Shown here: positions 41,410-45,965 of the stretch, piece after piece | Numbering within the stretch: position 1 is the first letter of the stretch | Layout: each line of letters begins with the position of its first letter | Origin: an uncultured Gammaproteobacteria bacterium | GTDB lineage: Bacteria > Patescibacteriota > Microgenomatia > UBA10105 > UBA927 | DNA length: 45,965 nt | Reading direction: 5' to 3' | Assembly (NCBI GenBank): GCA_964442525.1 | Contig: CAYTZO010000001.1 | Coordinates: forward strand, 2,039 to 48,003 | Position numbers and translations under genes: made by a program | The notes under the pieces: generated by a model | Database searches by the model: none | Seen by the model: only the letters and a program-made list of their open reading frames with translations | What the model was told of the DNA's origin: nothing

Positions 41410-41661
41410 ATGAAAACCACGACAAAATCGGTTGACAATTTTGGGTTTCATGCCCTTGTGTGGAAAGAGGGAAAATGGTATGTGGCAAGAGCCGTAGAAG
41501 TAGAGGTTGCAAGCCAGGGGGAAACGGCAAGGGCAGCGCTCAAGAACCTAAAAGAGGCGCTCGAATTGTATTTTGAAGACGAAAAGATTCCAGCGAAGAA
41601 TGTGACTTCCGTTTCTGATCTCCGCCTCAGAGAGGTTTACCCCAACATTCGCTATGCCTAA
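41410..41661 (+). CDS. hicB: HicB-like (UPF0150) antitoxin, N-domain only
   Basis: FHALVWKEGKWYVARAVEVEVASQGETARAALKNLKEALELYFED matches the HicB/UPF0150 fold pattern. 8-nt overlap with hicA. No attached DNA-binding domain. Confidence 0.75.
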   Translation: MKTTTKSVDNFGFHALVWKEGKWYVARAVEVEVASQGETARAALKNLKEALELYFEDEKIPAKNVTSVSDLRLREVYPNIRYA

Positions 41662-41872
41662 GCTCTATTCTGCCCGAGAGGTAGTAGCAAGGCTCAAGCG
41701 TTTAGGATTTACGATTGTCTCTCAAAAAGGAAGTCATATAAAACTGAGAGGAGTTCGCAAAGGAAAGTTACGAACAGCTATTGTTCCAAATCATAAAGAA
41801 ATTGCCATGGGTACACTTTCTTCTATTTTGTATCAAGCGAACGCGACGAAGAGAGAACTGGAAGAGGCATAA
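41654..41872 (+). CDS. hicA: HicA mRNA-interferase toxin
   Basis: REVVARLKRLGF...QKGSHIKL...VPNHKEIAMGTLSSILYQA is a classic HicA/YcfA signature. Confidence 0.85.
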   Translation: MPKLYSAREVVARLKRLGFTIVSQKGSHIKLRGVRKGKLRTAIVPNHKEIAMGTLSSILYQANATKRELEEA

Positions 41873-41875
41873 AGT

Positions 41876-42622
41876 TTACTTCAGTGTTTTGAAACCAAAA
41901 ACTTCGCTGCTCATTGATTCCGCCGTAATTTGATAAAAATAATTGGTATCTGGAGAGAGGCCACTGAGCCGGATAGTGTGGATGATTTGGGGTTGTAAGT
42001 TGACGACCGCTGTTTTTTTATTTACCTCTGTAGTCCAGTAGGTAAGCGACGTGGAAATAGATCTTTGCGTAGTAAAACTTATAAATACCTCTGTCGGTGA
42101 AATATTCCGTACGACGGGTTTCCCCATAAGGGCTTTCGCCTGAGACTCGGTTTGCAGTTGGTTTTGGATGCTTGTGACGGTAACAAAAATACTTCCGGTA
42201 ATGATAAGAAGAAGAACAACCGGCAAGAGTATTGCCGCGGGAGAAGCAACCGGGATGTGCCAGGTTTTGAAAAATGAGAGCTTAATCCGCTGGGCACGTT
42301 TAAAGCGTTTGAGCTCTCCGGCCGGGAACCAATTGCCTCCGCAGGAAGAACAATGAAAGACGGCTACGTCTTCGGGGATGCTCTCACCCTTTATTCGGGC
42401 AAGACGCGAGTGGTCTTTGGGGCAATACCGCTCCTTTGGTTGGGGGACGCGGCGAGGGAAACGGGGGAGGCTTACCTGGGACAGGTCAGGTGCCTGGAAA
42501 AAATTTGTTTCCCCCTGATCGGTCCAGACGCCGCCGCACCAACTGCATACGTCGAGCGTAACCGGCGGTTCCATACCAAGGCTCAGGGTGATGAGTACAC
42601 TTCCACAATCGGGACAATGCAT
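41876..42622 (-). CDS. Membrane protein: two cytoplasmic TFIIB-type zinc ribbons, one TM, extracellular FN3/PAP-N-like domain
   Basis: First ribbon CPDCG...LDVCSWCGGVWTDQGE. Second ribbon CPKDH...FHCSSCGGNWFPAGEL. TM AILLPVVLLLIITGSIFV. Extracellular string ISPTEVFISFTT...IRLSGLSPDTNYFYQI. Confidence 0.7.
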   Translation of the reverse strand: MHCPDCGSVLITLSLGMEPPVTLDVCSWCGGVWTDQGETNFFQAPDLSQVSLPRFPRRVPQPKERYCPKDHSRLARIKGESIPEDVAVFHCSSCGGNWFPAGELKRFKRAQRIKLSFFKTWHIPVASPAAILLPVVLLLIITGSIFVTVTSIQNQLQTESQAKALMGKPVVRNISPTEVFISFTTQRSISTSLTYWTTEVNKKTAVVNLQPQIIHTIRLSGLSPDTNYFYQITAESMSSEVFGFKTLK

Positions 42623-42665
42623 AGCTCCAGTGTAGCAGACCTTCTTGCCGGTAAGTTAGGGGTCC

Positions 42666-42730
42666 TTGTAAACGGAATTGGTTTGGTGTATAATAGTCGT
42701 GTTTGGAGCAATTATACGAGCTCCTTTTTT
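42666..42730 (+). promoter_or_regulatory. Candidate rpsO promoter TTGTAA-N17-TATAAT followed by a weak hairpin plus T6 (possible leader attenuator)
   Basis: -35 at 42666-42671 and -10 at 42689-42694. Hairpin GGAGC (42705-42709)/GCTCC (42720-42724) then TTTTTT (42725-42730). About 140 nt of further leader precede the ATG at 42872. Confidence 0.3.
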
Positions 42731-42871
42731 ACTAGAGTATCCAGGTGGTCTTTGACACGCTTGTCATTTTGCCCGTCAGCTCGACCACGTATATACACGC
42801 ATTTATACTGATGAAAGGATATTGAAGTTTCGAAAAGCGTAAAAGGCAAAGTCGGAATTTCACTCCCTGGT

Positions 42872-43246
42872 ATGCCAGCGAAAACATCCTCGCAGAAAAC
42901 CTCGAAAAGCGTCGCCAAAGCGAAACCGGCGAAGCGAGCTGAGGTAAAAAAACCAGCTAAACAGAAAACCGTGGTGGTTCCTCCTCCCAGCGAAGAGAAA
43001 TTCGATGTCATTAAACAATTTCAGGTGAAGGCAGGAGATACGGGGAGCCCTGAGGTGCAGGTGGCGCTTCTCACCAAAAGAATTGAAAAATTGGTGGCTC
43101 ACCTTAAAGTAAATCCTTCTGATAATCATTCCCGCAGGGGTCTTTTGGGACTGGTGAGCAAACGCAGGCGGCTTCTTCATTATCTCGAAGGAAAAGATCA
43201 AAAGCGTTACAAAAGCATTTCGCAAAAATTAGGACTATCAAAGTAA
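42872..43246 (+). CDS. rpsO: 30S ribosomal protein S15 with a Lys/Ala-rich N-terminal extension of about 35 aa
   Basis: The core [20 protein letters not shown]....[18 protein letters not shown] is canonical S15. Residues 1-38 ([32 protein letters not shown]...) are extra. Confidence 0.9.
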   Translation: MPAKTSSQKTSKSVAKAKPAKRAEVKKPAKQKTVVVPPPSEEKFDVIKQFQVKAGDTGSPEVQVALLTKRIEKLVAHLKVNPSDNHSRRGLLGLVSKRRRLLHYLEGKDQKRYKSISQKLGLSK

Positions 43247-43302
43247 AAAAGCTCGTTTCCTCGAAGCTTACAGCACTTAAGCCTCTAAGGAACAGAACAT
43301 AT

Positions 43303-45537
43303 ATGAAAATTATAAAAAAATCCATTGAAATAAGCGGCCGCACGCTTTCCCTTGAAGTCGGCCGGTTTGCCCAACAAGCAAGCAGCGCGGTTGTGGCCCA
43401 ATACGGCGATACCATGGTGTTGGCAACGGTGACTGCTGCAAGCCATGAAACAACATTAGATTATTTCCCCTTGTCCGTCGAATACGTCGAACGGCTCTAT
43501 GCGGGAGGCAGAATTAAGGGGTCGCGATGGGTCAAGCGAGAGGGCCGGCCCAGCGATGACGCCATCCTTGCCGGTCGGCTGGTCGATCGTTCTATCCGCC
43601 CGCTTTTCCCAAAAGGGTATAAACACGATGTTCAGGTCGTTATTACGACGCTTTCCGTCGATGGAGAAAATGATCCGGATGTTTTGGGGCTTGTCGCTTC
43701 TTCGGCGGCAATCGCCATTTCTCATATCCCGTGGGATGGGCCGGTTGCCGCAGTCAGAGCCGGGTTTATTAAAGAAAACGGCGACGGAAAAGGACAGCTT
43801 ATTGTTAACCCGACTGCGGCGGAACAGGCCCTTTCGGAATTTGATGTCGTCGTGTCGTCAACCAAGGACCGCGTAGTGATGCTCGAAGGCGGATTTTGTG
43901 AGACGGGTGAAGATCAGGTCTTTGAGGCAATTAAAACCGCAAAAACAGAAAATAAAAAGATTATTGATTTGATTGACGAACTGGTGAGCGAGGTCGGGAA
44001 ACCCAAAGCAACCGTCCCCGAAGCAAAAGAACCAACAGAACTGCGCACGCTTATTCTGAAAGAGTACAAGAAACAGATGGAAGATGTATTTACGAAGCAC
44101 GCTGCGAAGGAAACCGGCAGTGAAGAAGTGTTTACGCTGGCTCAGGCCATTGTGGATGCCCAAGCGGCCGCCAAATCCGAGACGAAGTGGACGGTCAAAG
44201 AAGTTTTGGAAGTGCTCGATAGTATATTTAAAAGTAAGCTTCGTGAGGATGTCCTCAAAAATGGTAAACGCGTGGACGGAAGAAAGCTTGATGAGATTCG
44301 GCCTATCGCTCTGGCTGTTGGACTTCTTCCGCGTACACACGGCAGCGCCATGTTCCAACGCGGACAGACTCAGGTTCTGACCGTCGCAACTCTTGGAACT
44401 CCAGCACTTGAACAACTTATTGAAAGCCCGATGGGCGAGGAATCCAAGCGGTATATTCATCATTACAGCATGCCGCCGTATTCTGTCGGCGAGACTGGTC
44501 GGATCGGTACGCCATCGCGCAGAGAAATCGGGCATGGAGCGCTTGCCGAACGAGCACTTCTCTCCGTTATTCCATCAGAAGAGGAGTTTCCGTACACCAT
44601 CCGACTCGTTTCCGAAGTTTTCTCGAGTAACGGCAGCACGTCTATGGCGTCAACCTGCGGTTCGACCATGGCACTTATGGACGCGGGAGTTCCGATTAAA
44701 GAGCCGGTCGCCGGTATCTCAATCGGACTCATGAGCGACCTGTCTGCACAGGCAGGTAAAGGCAAATATGTGCTTCTTACCGATATCATGGGGGTAGAAG
44801 ATTTTGGCGGCGACATGGACTTTAAGGTCGCGGGCACCAAAAACGGCATTACCGCGATACAACTGGACATGAAGGTTCATGGTATAGGTGACAGCGTCAT
44901 AAAAGATACCCTTGCCGCTGCCAAAAAGGCACGACTGACGATACTTGCGACCATGCTCAAAGTGATCGGCTCTCCTCGCACGAAACTTTCTCAGTACGCG
45001 CCCAAAGTGCAGGTCGTTAAGATTCCCGTTGACCGGATTGGTGAAGTCATCGGTCCGGGCGGTAAAACCATCAGACAAATTATTGCGGTCACAGGAGCAG
45101 TTGTCGATGTCAAAGACGATGGATCAGTCTTTATCTCAGGTACGAAGGAAGAGGCGGTTGAACGGGCAGTGACGTGGGTGAAGGGTATTACGCACGAAGT
45201 AAAATCCGGAGAAGAGTTTGAAGGCGAGGTCAAACGAATTTTGCCGTTTGGAGCATTTGTGGAAATTCTTCCGGGCAAAGAGGGCATGGTGCACGTATCA
45301 CAGATGGCAACCGGATTTGTCAACGACCCCAACGATGTCGTCTCTATCGGTCAAAAAGTAAAAGTCCGGGTTATCGAAATAGACGAGCAGAGAAGAATTA
45401 ATCTCTCTATGCTTTTTGGTGAAGATGCAGAGAAAGCTGTCCAGCGTGGCCCCTCAGAGCACCGCGGATTCGGCGGTGGTCACCGCAGCGGCGGACGCGA
45501 CAGGCGCCCATTTGATCGCGGACGAAGAAGGTTCTAA
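43303..45537 (+). CDS. pnp: Polyribonucleotide nucleotidyltransferase (PNPase) with an Arg/Gly-rich C-terminal tail
   Basis: Two RNase PH domains, KH (VIGPGGKTIRQI) and S1 (FGAFVEILPGKEGMVHVSQ). The tail is RGFGGGHRSGGRDRRPFDRGRRRF. Confidence 0.95.
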   Translation: MKIIKKSIEISGRTLSLEVGRFAQQASSAVVAQYGDTMVLATVTAASHETTLDYFPLSVEYVERLYAGGRIKGSRWVKREGRPSDDAILAGRLVDRSIRPLFPKGYKHDVQVVITTLSVDGENDPDVLGLVASSAAIAISHIPWDGPVAAVRAGFIKENGDGKGQLIVNPTAAEQALSEFDVVVSSTKDRVVMLEGGFCETGEDQVFEAIKTAKTENKKIIDLIDELVSEVGKPKATVPEAKEPTELRTLILKEYKKQMEDVFTKHAAKETGSEEVFTLAQAIVDAQAAAKSETKWTVKEVLEVLDSIFKSKLREDVLKNGKRVDGRKLDEIRPIALAVGLLPRTHGSAMFQRGQTQVLTVATLGTPALEQLIESPMGEESKRYIHHYSMPPYSVGETGRIGTPSRREIGHGALAERALLSVIPSEEEFPYTIRLVSEVFSSNGSTSMASTCGSTMALMDAGVPIKEPVAGISIGLMSDLSAQAGKGKYVLLTDIMGVEDFGGDMDFKVAGTKNGITAIQLDMKVHGIGDSVIKDTLAAAKKARLTILATMLKVIGSPRTKLSQYAPKVQVVKIPVDRIGEVIGPGGKTIRQIIAVTGAVVDVKDDGSVFISGTKEEAVERAVTWVKGITHEVKSGEEFEGEVKRILPFGAFVEILPGKEGMVHVSQMATGFVNDPNDVVSIGQKVKVRVIEIDEQRRINLSMLFGEDAEKAVQRGPSEHRGFGGGHRSGGRDRRPFDRGRRRF

Positions 45538-45572
45538 TTGGATAATTTTTCTCCATCGATTATGATGAGTGT

Positions 45573-45965
45573 ATGTCTAAATTCTCCGATGAATTAACTG
45601 GTTTGCGGAAAAAGATTGCTGAAGCACGCATCCCCAAGAATCTCGAAACGAAAATACTCGGAAATGTCGAAGAAATTGAGCGGCTGGAAAATGATATTGC
45701 GGCCAGGGTTCACGTCGAGCAAATGATGACGTACATTGATTGGGTCGTCAGTTTGCCGTGGAACGAGCGGACCAAAGATATTTTAGATTTAGCAAAAACC
45801 CGGACAATCCTTGATAAAAATCACTATGGCCTCGAACCTGTGAAGGAGAGAATTTTGGAATATCTTGCCGTCCTTAAGCTCAATATAGAAAAGCCCGCGG
45901 AAGAACAAAAAGAAAAACTTTCTCATGCAATTCTTGCGCGCCGTGCCCCCATCCTTTGCCTTGTA
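45573..45965 (+). CDS. lon: Lon protease, 5' partial (runs off the window), apparently without the long N-terminal LON domain
   Basis: In-frame ATG at 45573, open to the window end (131 codons). LDKNHYGLEPVKERILEYLAV...APILCLV leads into the Walker A region. Confidence 0.8.
   Translation, partial: MSKFSDELTGLRKKIAEARIPKNLETKILGNVEEIERLENDIAARVHVEQMMTYIDWVVSLPWNERTKDILDLAKTRTILDKNHYGLEPVKERILEYLAVLKLNIEKPAEEQKEKLSHAILARRAPILCLV

Noticed and set aside
42353-42811. 152-aa plus-strand ORF overlapping the Zn-ribbon/FN3 gene
   Set aside because: It is antisense to a gene with clear domain logic, and its product has no features.
1-45965. CRISPR arrays, IS elements or transposases, integrases, prophage genes, rRNA genes, reverse transcriptase/DGR
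   Set aside because: I saw no regularly spaced direct repeats, no terminal inverted repeats, and no ORFs with the corresponding catalytic motifs on either strand.

Overview
This 45.9-kb bacterial chromosome segment is gene-dense. I call about 47 protein genes and one tRNA. I saw no rRNA, CRISPR array, transposase or integrase.

Taxonomy (inference only): several features suggest a Patescibacteria/CPR-like organism with a Gram-positive-type envelope. These are a short IF-2, a DnaJ without a zinc finger, NrdJ with a C-terminal zinc ribbon, PilN/PilO next to cohesin/Ig/FN3 surface proteins, a FemAB pair, and many promoters placed for leaderless mRNAs.

Gene blocks, left to right:
- 1-3.0 kb: EamA transporter, FTR1 iron permease, HD hydrolase, one secreted protein.
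- 3.2-6.8 kb: nrdR, nrdJ (B12-dependent RNR) and a PduO-type adenosyltransferase, behind NrdR-box-like sites.
- 6.77-6.91 kb: a riboswitch-like structured leader.
- 6.9-11.6 kb: two unknown proteins plus an orphan VirD4/TraD-like coupling ATPase.
- 11.7-22.6 kb: ddl-like ATP-grasp ligase, tRNA-Ile(UAU), idi, serine hydrolase, UvrD helicase fused to an Fe-S nuclease, a CBM-like membrane protein, two FemAB genes, pcrA, tpiA.
- 22.6-33 kb: envelope and surface region with LCP, a minus-strand pilN-pilO operon continuing into FN3/Ig, Cys-rich and Pro/Thr-rich surface proteins, rpsT, murJ, a GH39-like hydrolase, and a cohesin/Ig protein.
- 33-37.2 kb: CIRCE-controlled hrcA-grpE-dnaK, a long GC-rich hairpin, then dnaJ.
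- 37.3-45.9 kb: nusA, infB, a DHH protein, rpsO, pnp and the lon 5' end. This conserved string is interrupted by an AT-richer insert (unknown gene, hicB, hicA) and a Zn-ribbon/TM/FN3 gene.

Leads most worth follow-up:
- The aptamer-plus-terminator leader after the B12 genes.
- The unknown genes and orphan T4CP it precedes.
- A shared non-canonical C-terminal [VI]P[VQ]SG + TM sorting signal on three surface proteins, two of them in the pilN-pilO operon.
- The rare bacterial tRNA-Ile(UAU).
- A 7-nt x4 repeat inside a FemAB gene.
- A recurrent -10 box 6-10 nt upstream of start codons.
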